A stretch of 63,674 nt of DNA, filler included, from Perkinsus olseni (taxonomy: Eukaryota): the NCBI GenBank assembly GCA_013115125.1. It is 25 parts of 25 records of this genome, joined end to end, with 100 filler letters (N's around TTAATTAATTAA, not from the genome) between each part and the next. Parts side by side here need not be neighbours in the genome. Positions count along the whole stretch, not along the records: positions 48,734 to 51,146 come from JABANN010001577.1; positions 51,247 to 53,654 come from JABANN010001578.1; positions 53,755 to 56,161 come from JABANN010001579.1; positions 56,262 to 58,666 come from JABANN010001580.1; positions 58,767 to 61,171 come from JABANN010001581.1; positions 61,272 to 63,674 come from JABANN010001582.1; 19 more parts are not named here. One strand, given 5' to 3'. How positions within the stretch are numbered: the first letter of the stretch is position 1; every line of letters starts with the position of its first letter. Below, one piece after another: positions 49,168 through 61,345 of this stretch. The notes beneath the pieces were generated by a model, which was given only the letters and a program-made list of their open reading frames with translations, was not told where the DNA came from and made no database searches. Made by a program: the position numbers and the translations under genes.

Positions 49168-50133
49168 GGGTGTACCGCGATTCGTCCATGATCGATTGGT
49201 CCACTGCAGCTTCGATCCAAGATTGTTTCGTACAAATTTTGGTTCATTCATGATCTTTTCGTACATCGAAAAGGTGTATGTTTCGGTCACGAGTTTTTCA
49301 TCCATAACCGGTTTCGTACACGATTATTTCGTCCATGGGCGGTTAATCCAAAGATATGCTCATTTTGATCTATTCAACCACGATCTTTTCGGAAAAAATT
49401 CATTCGTCCAATAGTGGTTCGTACATATGAAACTGACGACACGCAAATGTTTATCGGAGGAAATGAACCCACGATTTCGGGAATACGAGCATGAGCTGCT
49501 AACCTACTCACCTGTAAGACTACTGAATTCCGACAAAGTACCGCCCATGCGATACCCAACCTATTCAACTTGGCTCCATTCATGTTTGGAGCCTCTAGGC
49601 ACTGGGATCACCACAGAGACAACCTGAATCAGGTTACCTGATGTGGGGGTGCTAGATCGTCACCACTGGTGACTCACCAGGAGAGGCGGCGGTGAGATTC
49701 TTAGGTCGTAGTAGGTGATGGTAATAGCGGAATTGGTAGAGCTCCCGGCTTGCATGACGATGGTCCCAGGTTCGAATCTGGGTAGGGGCAGACGACATGG
49801 GTGGCACTGGTGGAGCCGCCAGCGCGCTACTTTTAGACATATGTGACGCCGCGGCGTCACATATGTCTAAAAGTAGCGTGGACGAAACTCATGTGTACGA
49901 AAGGCTTGTACGAAAAGCCCTGGACGAAAGAAGCGGAGTTAGAGCATGATTGGATGAAACGGCGTGGATGAAAGAATCATGTACGTAAGACCCGTGGACG
50001 GAAGATGTGTGTATGAAAAAGGATGGACAAAAGTAACATGGACGAAACAAGCAGGCTGAACCCTACCATGGACGAAGCAATCGTGGACGAAACCTACAAT
50101 GTATGAAACAGCGATGTATGAATGGAAGTTCCC
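49168..50133. mobile_element. Foldback-like element: inverted arms made of TTCGT(C/A)CA modules
   Basis: Motif repeated on + at about 49180-49425 and on - at about 49879-50125, with alignable blocks; no TSD found. Confidence 0.55.
49718..49789 (+). pseudogene. Decayed tRNA-like sequence (possible TGC anticodon)
   Basis: TAGCGGAATTGGTAGAGC...CTTGCAT...GGTCCCAGGTTCGAATCTGGG; stems poorly paired. Confidence 0.6.
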
Positions 50134-50772
50134 CGCCTTTTCCATATCTCCAGTACCAGATATGTCGACCATACCAGCGTGGGCCCGTGCAGGTAAACTG
50201 GCCGTAATCTCAATACTATCCGGACATGAATACTCGCTGGGGAGGTCCTTAGGCTTCCCCTGTATAGTCTGTTCAGCCTCTCCCTCGGGTGCCTCCGAAC
50301 TCTCCAGCACCGTAGACATACCATCCTGAATATCCTGACATTCTGGACCCTCTAGTAGCTCCTTAAGCATGATGCCAAAACGCGGTAACCATACATAAGG
50401 GCGCTCGTCAGCAGTCATGGGGGTAGTTCCTAATCCCATTCTCCCACGAATAGATCCATTCTGCGTATCCTCGCGTTGTACATCCGTTCCTCCATAAGGA
50501 GATTCCATGATAATGTTCCCTATGGTGTCTAGGGTCGAAGATGTCTCTTGAGGGGTACCCAAATCACTAATCATACCCTTAAGGCGTAGGTAACCGCTGC
50601 GTGTAGTGACTGGGAATCCCAGTCTGGGTTCACTCTCAACTCTCCCTAAGATCTTGGAACGGACCATACGACGAGCACGTTCGTTGACCTTCACAATCCT
50701 ATCAATTGGTTTAAGTTCATCCGACTGATCAACGACTCTATTGGAACTCTTGCCACTACGAGTCAATACCAC
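50134..50772 (-). mobile_element. Probable retrotransposon gag N-terminus interrupted by the foldback-like element
   Basis: VLTRS start, intronless, downstream of a repeated leader; no catalytic motif seen. Confidence 0.4.
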
Positions 50773-51246
50773 CGTGACTATTCAACTCAATGCCTAACTC
50801 GGTAGACAATACCGTAACTAACCCTTGACTACGATACCGTTCAGACGAAGCGTAGCCACTAGCGGATGAAATACCTCAAATCACGGTAAATCACCCTGAG
50901 CCTGGGCTCAAGTCCAACGTAAAGTAAACGACCTTGTTCGCTTACAGAACACCACGCCCTAAGGATCCTCACTACCCTTAAGGAGACAGCACGCGTGCAC
51001 GAATCGGTGACCTCACAACACCGAGGCTAGCACAATAGACAACACAGACAATATGGTAAATACCGTAACAGTGTAACGATAAATACTATCATACAAGAGA
51101 CAGATCAACCGTAATAGTTAACAGGTCTCCGTACACTGCGCTGAACNNNNNNNNNNNNNNNNNNNNNNNNNNNNNNNNNNNNNNNNNNNNTTAATTAATT
51201 AANNNNNNNNNNNNNNNNNNNNNNNNNNNNNNNNNNNNNNNNNNNN

Positions 51247-52798
51247 TATACTCCATCACTACTGCTAATCCATTGCATCATTATGTCCATCACTGCATCG
51301 AGTTCTAGTCCGGAGGCCTCCGACCAGCGGTTCCTTAACACCATTAACAATCGATTAGACGGGCGAGCGCTACTTACAGTCTAACGCGTGTAACATGAAC
51401 GCTGGTGCGTCGTATAGACCAGAGCTTCCTGCCATACCCCTTGAGCGGTAGTGGCACGAGGCTGCCAATACACTATCTACTTGTATTGGCCCACTCTCTT
51501 GGAAGCCGTCCATCAGAGGCTATTGTGAGTACACTGTGCTTCCCATAATTTCCTGTGTTGTCCGCCAGTGAATGGTGGACGTAGGGAATAATAACAAAAG
51601 ATGGTGTTCTTTAGGACAACTATGATATATTGTTGTCGTGATAATAATAATCATCATGATACCATTTTCGTGTACATGTTGATGGTGCTGCAACAACGAT
51701 GCATGGTTGTCGATGAAGCGTTGTTGTTCTTGTTCTTGTTGTTGTTGTCATTACTTTTAATACCTCCCCATCACCACATCTATCCTAAAGTAATACTATT
51801 GGCAGTAGCTGACAGTAGGTGGTTATTACAAGTGGGGGTATCATCATAAGCGGTATCACCCAGTTGCCCTATTATCCTGCCTGTTGGCCTGAGGTAGTCA
51901 GCATACTATACATCAATGCATACCCCACTATCACCTCCATCGTCGTCGTGGTCGTCCATAACTCTCCTGCACATACCTCCTCAGTAATGATGACGCTGTG
52001 GTAGTATTCTCCCTTTTGTAATCCTCATCACCATTAACTTGTAGCATCATTGTAGGTGTATCACCATCACGGACACCATGATTATGATGATGATGATGAT
52101 GTTTGAGTACCCCAGTAGGCTTTAGTGCTATATCTAATAATAATAAAACATCGCATACACTTCATCAACATCATACTACTACTCACCGTCCTGACACCAG
52201 CATCCTACAGTAGCCCCACCACGGTGTACTGCTGAAGATGATGGTATCTAATGTTGATCATGGTATTATACAGGTATACTCCTACTCCGACGAATACCTT
52301 CGGGATGGCTACAGTCCTTATAGTCTTCAAAGTACATACATGCTGTTGTTGATGATGATCTGCCGTAGTAGTGGTGGTAGTTGTTGCGTTACCATGAGAA
52401 TGCATACCAAGCAGAGTGGTAGAGGCAGTAGAGTGTGAGAAATATGGTACTGGATCAGTAACTAACGAGGATCACTACTTCCCATACTATCCTTCACACA
52501 CTTACCATAATGATAGTCTTGATGATAAGCAGCAGCAGCAGCAGCAGGAGGAGGATGGGCGTTATTGTATCTTATTTCACCTTCATTGATACATTGCGAG
52601 CATGCAGCATCCTCACATTCTGCCCATGAATTACCTATTGTGCACAGCAGAAGGAGTAATCAAATACGTACTACTACTACCATTATCAAGTATGGTTATT
52701 GTCTTCCATAACGACCATTGTTGTGATGGTAAGGTAACATCACCACACACAGCAGCTACTAGATGTTGATGCCCTGGAAGCATGGGATAGATAGAGGA

Positions 52799-52835
<37 letters not shown>

Positions 52836-53571
52836 CTGTATCGATATGGTGAAGTAGAGATCGGCATATCATCAAGCGTAGTATTGAATGATAACATGTT
52901 CGGGTCGACTGCTTGTTGAAGGCACCTCTGTCCAATATCAGATGAATATCTTAATCTTATTCTATCACCGCCGCCGCCAGCACCATTATCTAGATGTCCT
53001 GTAGTAATGATGATATCCCATGACTGCCTTGACTCCTTATTAACTGTATTGGAGCATACATCACTAACTACCTGAATGATGATACCAACAACAACTACAA
53101 GATGATGTATCCTGTGGCTTGTATTACATGCCATGCTTGCCAAGCGTCTACTGCATCATCATGATCACCATGAGTGTTCCATGATGAGGTAAGCCTTGTT
53201 GAATATGGATATGCTGGTTTGGCCGTAAGACAGCTCCGACCATTGATCAATTGGCCAGTGGATGGTATATAACTCCTACTAGAGGCAGTATACACATGCT
53301 CTCAGTGTTACTATCAGTCTTGTTACCATATTGTATTATTGTTCACTTCTGTTGGTGATGCACAGTCCTTGATCATTGTGACTAGCCCTCTTAATTCATC
53401 ATGGTGTAGGCATTGATCATTGGATACTATACGATATCTTGATGCTTTACGACATTCACAATGACCATGATGATGACCATGGTCCAACTGTGGCCATAGA
53501 CCCTTGTGTAAGGTATGATATGTGCAATACAGCCCGACATACGCTGTTATTGGTCGTGTGTATCTAGCCAT
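51247..53571 (-). CDS. Unidentified multi-exon gene with microsatellite-rich introns
   Basis: Several same-strand ORF pieces bounded by GT/AG; product not recognised. Confidence 0.3.
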
Positions 53572-53581
53572 TGATGATTAG

Positions 53582-53582
53582 C

Positions 53583-53654
<72 letters not shown>
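53582..53654. repeat. (TAG)n microsatellite
   Basis: Seen directly. Confidence 0.95.
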
Positions 53655-56261
53655 NNNNNNNNNNNNNNNNNNNNNNNNNNNNNNNNNNNNNNNNNNNNTT
53701 AATTAATTAANNNNNNNNNNNNNNNNNNNNNNNNNNNNNNNNNNNNNNNNNNNNTTCAGGGCAAAAACAAAGAAGGACCGCGCTGTACGAGATAAGAGAG
53801 CCCGAAGCCGCATGTAGGTCGATCGTCAACGTCATCACCGTAATGATTATCATCTCTTCCCTCGTGGATTTTGTTTCAATATTTACTCGCCCGGTTGGCT
53901 TCCCGGCACTCCGTGTAATTTATCATTAACTCCTCTCGTTGGCCGATTTTCGGTATTTTTATTTCACAGTTACGGCACCAAAGGACACATACAGGGTTAT
54001 GGTGATGATGAGCCTTTTGATTGGTGACGACGGAGCGAAGCGATCCATGGAATCATCTCTAACAGTTTCCGAAGATTTATATTTTGCTTGTCAGTAATTA
54101 ATCGGCGACCTTCGAGTTTTCTTCTTTTCTACTGGGAGCTCGTGACGATGGCGACGCATCCCCTCAGCAGTTCGTATCCGATTCTTCCGAGTGAGCTAAT
54201 CGGACGTATCTTCATGCGCATGCGTGCAAGATTCTCGGCTCACATTCATCAGGCCAACAGTCGATGAGTGGGCAGCTTGACGAAGATGGTGTGGATATCG
54301 CCGACCTGCAGGTGATCATCTTCAATCGATTTATTGATGATGATTGTCTTCGTGTAGATGAAGGCGTGGCGGTACAAGGAGCTCATCCACAAGAGCTCAA
54401 GTCTAGCATTACACAATCACCAACTCATACGAGAAGTTGAGAATATGAAATTTGAGGTATTCCGACACACCAACAGCATCTTCTCGATCACTCGAGTGCT
54501 GATACACTCATAGAAGGAATCATCAATCGAAATGTATTTAAGGTTGAAGGCGGCCAGTTCTCAATAGTTCGTTGAACAGCGACAGTTAACGAGGTCAGTG
54601 ATAAGACACGAAAATAGGAGTTGTAAATTTCTTGAAAATGGATTGACTGCGTTAGTGATTGTCACTAATCCTCTTCTTCCTTCTTCTCAATTATTTGATT
54701 TATTATAGGCCAATAGGATGCTGCCCTCACCGACTAATCGGATGACTGCACCATTGAAGACAATTGATGAGAGTGAGGTGGATGATGACAATAGCCAGTA
54801 TTGTCATCTAGTTGGAAGATACACCTGTTGATGGACTATCCGATGGATCACCTCAAAATAATAATCGTACCAGTCTGGTAGATCTCCTCAATGAACTCGA
54901 GGTTAAGTTGGATACCTCTAGAGGTCGACTCAAGGAGTTCTCAGATCGTAAGATACTCCTTCCCGTTGATCAGCTATCAACATCATCATTTCAGTTCCGT
55001 CATTACCATTATCGACCATCGACTCAATCGCCCCTCACCCGGTGGGTTGGTACTCGTCTGAATGCTTCTCATCATCTTCCTCAGAGTCCTCCACCACTGT
55101 TGATGACATCTCAGCCGCTCGGCCTCCCGTCGGCCTTCCAAGACTTCCAAAGTCAGTCCGCCTCGGCAATTCCTCTCGAGAGCTTCCGCTCAGATTTCTC
55201 ACATCGGTCGCTGACTCTGACGACTCCTTCCATCACTCGACAGTTTACCAACCCTTCGACCAGCCAATATCTCAGCAGCACCTGTAAAGGCTCGTTCGTA
55301 CCGCCACCAACTGCCAATATTCTATCAGCATCACTTCAGCCATTTGACGCTCTCACGAGGAGCACCATGTTGATGCTCGATCAACAGGTTATTCATAACT
55401 TCAAATTCCGTAACAGCCAAAGTCCCTCAGGCCTCCCCCGGGTCGTGGATCCCTCGAGCCCCTCCCCCCACACTCTACGGTAACATCCTTCACTGGCATT
55501 TGGTAAGGCCAGTCGACGGAGCGACGATAATTCGCTTTTCCTGCAGAGCCGATTGGTGGCTGTCATTCGGGGTCTGCAATCAACAGTCCTCTCGGCTGCT
55601 CTACGAGATCTGCGTAAGCTAGTCGGATGAGTCAATCTAGAAATCTTCGAATTGAAACTCCGGAAATCTGCTGCCCTCGAGTACCCTCTTCGTGAGCAGC
55701 CTTGCCGATTGAAACGAACGACTTCCACAGCGGCTGTTGGACTCCTTCGTTCACTCCCTCATGTGATGAGGACCGGTTTCATCTCAGGCTATGACGGATG
55801 GAACGAAAAAAGCGGAGCGAAACTCAAAGAGGAGAGACTGGCGAGAATCTTCGGTAGAGCATTTGAGAAGAATTACTGTTGGAGCGGTGATTGGCAGAAG
55901 ATGGCCGATTGAAGAGGCGAATTGACGAACGAAGACGATGGGATGACCTCAGACGGCACGTCAACAACGGCGGTACGCTCGATCGGGCGGAATAGTTTGA
56001 GTTAACTTCGACGCCGCCGTCTCGCGTCTCTTCAGGGACAATTGATATCTATTTGGCCCACAACACCCTCGATCAGCATTCCACTCATCTGCTTCGCTCC
56101 GCCTTCCGTCTGATCGCCGACTTGAAAGTTATTATCGCTGAAGGGGCGGCGATGGCGGTCGNNNNNNNNNNNNNNNNNNNNNNNNNNNNNNNNNNNNNNN
56201 NNNNNTTAATTAATTAANNNNNNNNNNNNNNNNNNNNNNNNNNNNNNNNNNNNNNNNNNNN

Positions 56262-57704
56262 CCCAGGCTCGCTGATGTGTCGCTTGCGCGACAGTTTATG
56301 GTTTTTGGCAAACCCGGCGCCTTACCACCAAGCATCAATGAGTACATCGAGTATTGGTATCATAAACAAGCTGAGTATCGGAAGAAGATCAACTTGTCTA
56401 CAGAGAAGACCTACCCAGATCCGAAGCCCTTCGACATCGTGTTCGTCACGAACCAAAGCGATATCGGTTGGACTATTGGCAACAAGATGAAGTCAAGGTG
56501 GGAAGGGCCTTATACTATCGCCAAGGTCTCTACATCAGCTACAGCACTGGTGGCCCCCGAGCTTATCCTTCCCAACAGGAAGATATGGGAAAGATCCAAC
56601 TCTGGATCATCTAGCTCAACATCACCACCTAGCCCATCCAACATTGACGACTCTGATGACCCAAACCCCACCAAGATGATCGACGACCACGACTACAACG
56701 AATCTTCAATAGATCAACTGTTCAAGGGTCATGAACTACAATTAGTCTCTCTCAAGAATGTGGTGCATGCTAGAGCATTCCAAGACCTAGTACGAGATCA
56801 ACATCTACGAGGCCAACGCATCTACGTGGATCACCGTGGTGCTATCAAGTCTATCGAGTCAACAGGCAGCGAAGTTCGTTATCTACAACTTGTCCGAGAA
56901 GTGAGAACTGAAGACGCTATCAACGATGCTATCACAGAGTGGAGAAGATCTACTACAACACCACCATCATCAAGTTCTAGAGACGACGGGTTAATTGATG
57001 GTACACCACAACAAGATCAACAACGACCCGCATCTGATCCTATCACCCAAGATGCTCCCGAAGATCAACCCTCCAATGACCATCCCCACTCAACACAACA
57101 AGACGAGGGTCCTTCATCTGATGAAGACAACCCTCTATCTACTGGTAACTATCCCGCCGTCCCCAACAACCAACCAACTCAAGATGATAGCATCACGAGC
57201 GACATTGATCATGACGACAACGATGACATCAACGCCGCTGAAGAAGTCCTGGTATCACCTCCCCAACGCCGAGTTCAATCTAGAAGACGACATCAAGGAA
57301 GAAAGGGTAAAGGTAAAACTAGGGATCGACATGATCGAGCTCCTACTAGTATCAAGATCCCAAGACCCCTACCATCGACTATATCTGGTCTGAGAAGACA
57401 TCTCCCTCTACTTGATCAACCCACCCTGGGCGCTATACTGAAGACTTATCCCCCAGATGGAAGTGTCGTGGTATCTATTTCGAGTTCAAGACCCAATCAA
57501 GGAGCTGCAATCGTCGCATTCTCAGACGAGGACGAAGGAAGAGTCTACATCACCAAGATCAAAGACGATCACGCTAGGCTTCGTAAGTGCTATCCTACTG
57601 ATCTCATCTATATTTGTGGATCTAGTAGCGTCTTAACTGGACAGCTTCGATCGTTAATCGTTGAACTCCATCACTCCTTAGGGATTGACGATCCTTGGAA
57701 GTAG
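56262..57704 (+). mobile_element. LTR retrotransposon integrase C-terminal region with a long extension (5' partial)
   Basis: GPY/F motif: PFDIVFV...NKMKSRWEGPYTIAKV, followed by about 400 further residues. Confidence 0.7.
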
Positions 57705-58074
57705 TTCAATGAGATCGCTTAAGTCGATAGATCTAATTAAGGTTTTGTTGCACTATCGACGCTAGATATCCTTGCACTGTAGCTATTAGCGTGATCTATA
57801 TTACATTAGTAGCATCTAGACTAAGATTGCATCATTCTTGGACGTTATGCTATCACTATTTATCTTGTGAGTCGCCCCCTGCCTTCTGTGCTTGGCGCAC
57901 CGATATCGATCGCGCAATCGATTTTGTATCTCTAGCCCCGCCGCGGGGCCCCCGCGTCACAAGGGCCAATGATCAACCGTTCGTCTGCGCGCATCGCTCT
58001 TTATCGGTTTTATCGTGTGAGTCGGTATCGTTAGTAGCGACATCTCCTCCTTGTATTTCCCCCTTTACAGCATC

Positions 58075-58666
58075 ATGGCACCCGACTTGTTAGCCATCGC
58101 CGACAGCAACGACTGTATCTATCCCACATCAAGAAGCGGATCGGTCAATGATCTGACCTTCAATCCACAGGGTCTCGACAACTACCGCGCGCTCTGTTGG
58201 AGCTATCGTACGGTTGGATCGGAGGACTATGACCGCCTGATCTATGGAAGATCTTTTCTGCCGACTGTCGATCACCCGCCGGTATCCCCTGATGTTATCA
58301 CCAAGTACAAATCCTTGGCCGAAGAAGGAACATCTACCTGGTGCCCATTATCTGATGATCATGTTGAACCTATATCACCATCATATCCTGATCGAGTTGT
58401 TAACATCACCCCCGAGATCTACACTGATTTCGAGATCGCCTTGGGTAATCTGAAGGTCAGTAAGCCTGGCAGTATCTGTCCTGGGGTCTGGGCTAATCTC
58501 AGCCCAATCTACCGTCAATTCATCTTGACGGGGGAGACGGCATCACTACTATCACTACAAGGACCTATCACTACTACAAGGTTGGCAGATCTGGGTGAAC
58601 GGAGGGCTCGCTTCCATGCGGGGTACCTCACAAATGTTAGCCCGAGCGGGAAGGGCCCCGCGAGGG
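58075..58666 (+). CDS. Unknown intronless ORF downstream of the integrase (3' partial)
   Basis: MAPDLLAIAD... is open to the contig edge, with composition similar to the upstream ORF. Confidence 0.5.
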
Positions 58667-58766
58667 NNNNNNNNNNNNNNNNNNNNNNNNNNNNNNNNNN
58701 NNNNNNNNNNTTAATTAATTAANNNNNNNNNNNNNNNNNNNNNNNNNNNNNNNNNNNNNNNNNNNN

Positions 58767-58836
58767 GTGTGTAGCTCAGTGGTAGAGCGGCTGACTGCAG
58801 ATCAGCAGGTCCTCGGTTCAAATCCGGGCGCGCCCT
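58767..58836 (+). tRNA. tRNA-Cys(GCA), first 2 nt lost in the gap
   Basis: Cloverleaf; anticodon arm GCTGA-CTGCAGA-TCAGC; GGTTCAAATCC; U discriminator. Confidence 0.93.
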
Positions 58837-58945
58837 TACTTTAATCATGGAGCGCTGTCACAGAGGGATGGGTGTGGGCCACATGGAAGTCCCAGCACAG
58901 TTCAGCAGGTCCCTATTTCGAGTTGGATAGCGATGTTCGCTAGAA

Positions 58946-59018
58946 GCCCTGCTGGCCCAATGGATAAGGCGCCACCCTCCTAAGGTGGAGTTTCCGAGTT
59001 GGATCCTCGGGTAGGGTA
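58946..59018 (+). tRNA. tRNA-Arg(CCT) with an atypical T-loop
   Basis: GCCCTGC/GTAGGGT acceptor; CCACC-CTCCTAA-GGTGG; CCGAG-TTGGATC-CTCGG. Confidence 0.85.
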
Positions 59019-59396
59019 TTGTTGAGTGAGGTTGCAAGGCATTCGATCGATTCGAAATATTCTCAGACCCTAATCCTAGCCAGATCAGTCAGATAATCCT
59101 AGTCAGATCGGGCAGGTCCTAATCCTAGCCCGTTGTATTGGCGTGCCTCCTTGGATCCTTCCAAACCGTTCGTCGACGGGTATGAAATTTAATGACGAGG
59201 TACCAATTTTGGTCCGTCAACCACTCATCGACATCCGACGCGAGAAGCACACCCAGCATACCAATCCACCCTCCTATTCAGCATGGCGTCATCGCATGAT
59301 GACTCCTGCGTTGATATTAGTAGCATTGTAACTCAATAACCCATTCTAAAACGTTACAGTTTTCCTACAGTCAATCATATTCGTACAGCTGGGGGC

Positions 59397-60995
59397 TCAA
59401 GCTCCTTCATTCATATTGAAACGAGGCGTGGTGGTGCTCCTATCAGCGATCGGCGTATGCGGTACCACTCCAGAGGACACACAGCCCACAACGCGCTCGT
59501 GGAAGGCCCACGGTTCTTCGTAGGACGTCTAAAAACACCCAGTGAATTTCCCGGCGCTCATGCATGATAAGCAAAATTCCAGGCCGAATCTCACCTGTAT
59601 TGGAGTGACGAAATCGCTTCTATCTTCCGTGCCGCCCAGGTTGCTATAACGTACATAAAGTATGAAACCTATAGTGACTCCGACGACTCCAACGAGAGAG
59701 TAGGGGGAGAAGCTCTCAGCGTACTCCTCGCCCATGATGAAGGAGCTCGTGTACAGCAGACTCGACACGGGCAACTTGACGGCATAGGCTAGGGAGCACA
59801 TGATGGCTCCGACTTGTAGCGCCGAACCGTAGCGAGTTACTGCCACTCCCAGCACGTTGAAGACGAGGTTAACAACACAGTAGGTGAGAAGCAGCAGTCC
59901 GGCGGGTCCGATTGAGAAGCTGAAGGCGTTGAGAAAATTGAAAACCACCGATTTCGGTGAGAGGGGCACGCCTCCAGGCTGGCCAGAAAGGTACGGCACA
60001 CACTGCAGGAATCCGAGACCGAAGGAGATGATCGTCTGGTAGGCGGCGACGTAGGCCGTCATCGTCCATACCCCCACAGCGTAGTTGTTGAAACCGGACT
60101 CCTTATACACATTTGATAGGGCCATGGGGATGTTGGAGAGAAAGTACCTGCCCGAATCAAGCTGGGTGGAACGTGTTTGGCATGAGAAACTCACAGACAA
60201 ACCGACAGGCAGCTGCAGTTGGCGATCGAGGCTCCGCTGAGGGAGGGGATGACGATGATGCACGCACTAGCGAAGACGATAAACGCCGCGCCCTACAATA
60301 AAAGCGCACTCCCGGACGCCTCGAAGAAGACACTTACAATGGACTTTATGTTATATGTCGTGCCGAGCACGAGACTGCTGCAAATCATAGTCACCGGAAT
60401 CAGCGTCTGATTGAGGACAGTTTGGAATTGGCCCGGGGTTGAGGGTCCCCCTATGCTGCTGAAGAGGGTCCCAAGGCCGTCCAGGAGGCCCATGATAGCG
60501 AACTTGTACCTTGGCCATGAATACAACGAAGAAAGCCCGACCGAGCGCTGCGCTTACTGCGGAGGAAAGGTGTCTTCTCGCTGCTTTTGGTTCTTTCTTT
60601 CGCTCCTCAGGACCATCGCCGGCACGGCAGTCATGACCATGTAGCCCACGTTACAGAATTGATCGACGAAAAAGGCGTAACTGTTACGGACGGCCACGAG
60701 TGCGCGGACACTGGGTGAGGAGTGGAGGGGCTTCTTACTCTTGCCCGTAGACGTTCTGAACTATTTTACAAGAGACATCATTGATGCTGCCCGCAATGCA
60801 GAGCAGGAACGCGAGCAGTATGAGGACGTTGCGAGGTTGGCAGAGGAACTCACTGCAGGTTGGTTGAGAAGATGTAGCCTCCTATGAACAGTGAGTAATC
60901 CAAAGGTCCCGAGTTCGATCCCCACAGCCTACTTCTTGTGGCAGTAGAGGTATCTCCAGTGGAGGTGGGACTCTAGTCTCCTTTTCGGAGCCCAT
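59397..60995 (-). CDS. CRT-like (chloroquine-resistance-transporter family) membrane protein, multi-exon
   Basis: YAFFVDQ, YKFAIMGLLDGLG...STPGQFQTVLNQTLIPVTMICS..LG, SNIPMALSNVYKE, VAAYQ, VNLVFNV...VTRYGSA. Confidence 0.85.
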
Positions 60996-61271
60996 GAGAG
61001 AAACTGGCAGCTACTGCGAGGAAGACTACACCTTTTCCCGAGCAAATAAAATGTTTTTTCGTTCGGTTTAAACCATTTTGATAGCAATTCAGCGAGTCTC
61101 ATTGGAATTAAAAAATTGTCAAACCAAATTCGTTTTGTCACCCAAATTAATATTATGAGCAAATATGATTTNNNNNNNNNNNNNNNNNNNNNNNNNNNNN
61201 NNNNNNNNNNNNNNNTTAATTAATTAANNNNNNNNNNNNNNNNNNNNNNNNNNNNNNNNNNNNNNNNNNNN

Positions 61272-61314
61272 TCTTCTTCTTCTTCTTCTTCTTCTTCTTC
61301 TTCTTCTTCTTCTT

Positions 61315-61345
<31 letters not shown>

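Noticed and set aside
50902-50913. TGGGCTCAAGT (also reverse complement near 5035-5045) as an SL-complementary primer site
   Set aside because: Only an 8-9 nt match; not distinguishable from chance.
54047-56161. Spliced coiled-coil gene and downstream Ser/Pro-rich ORF
   Set aside because: Could not build a stop-free model or recognise a family.
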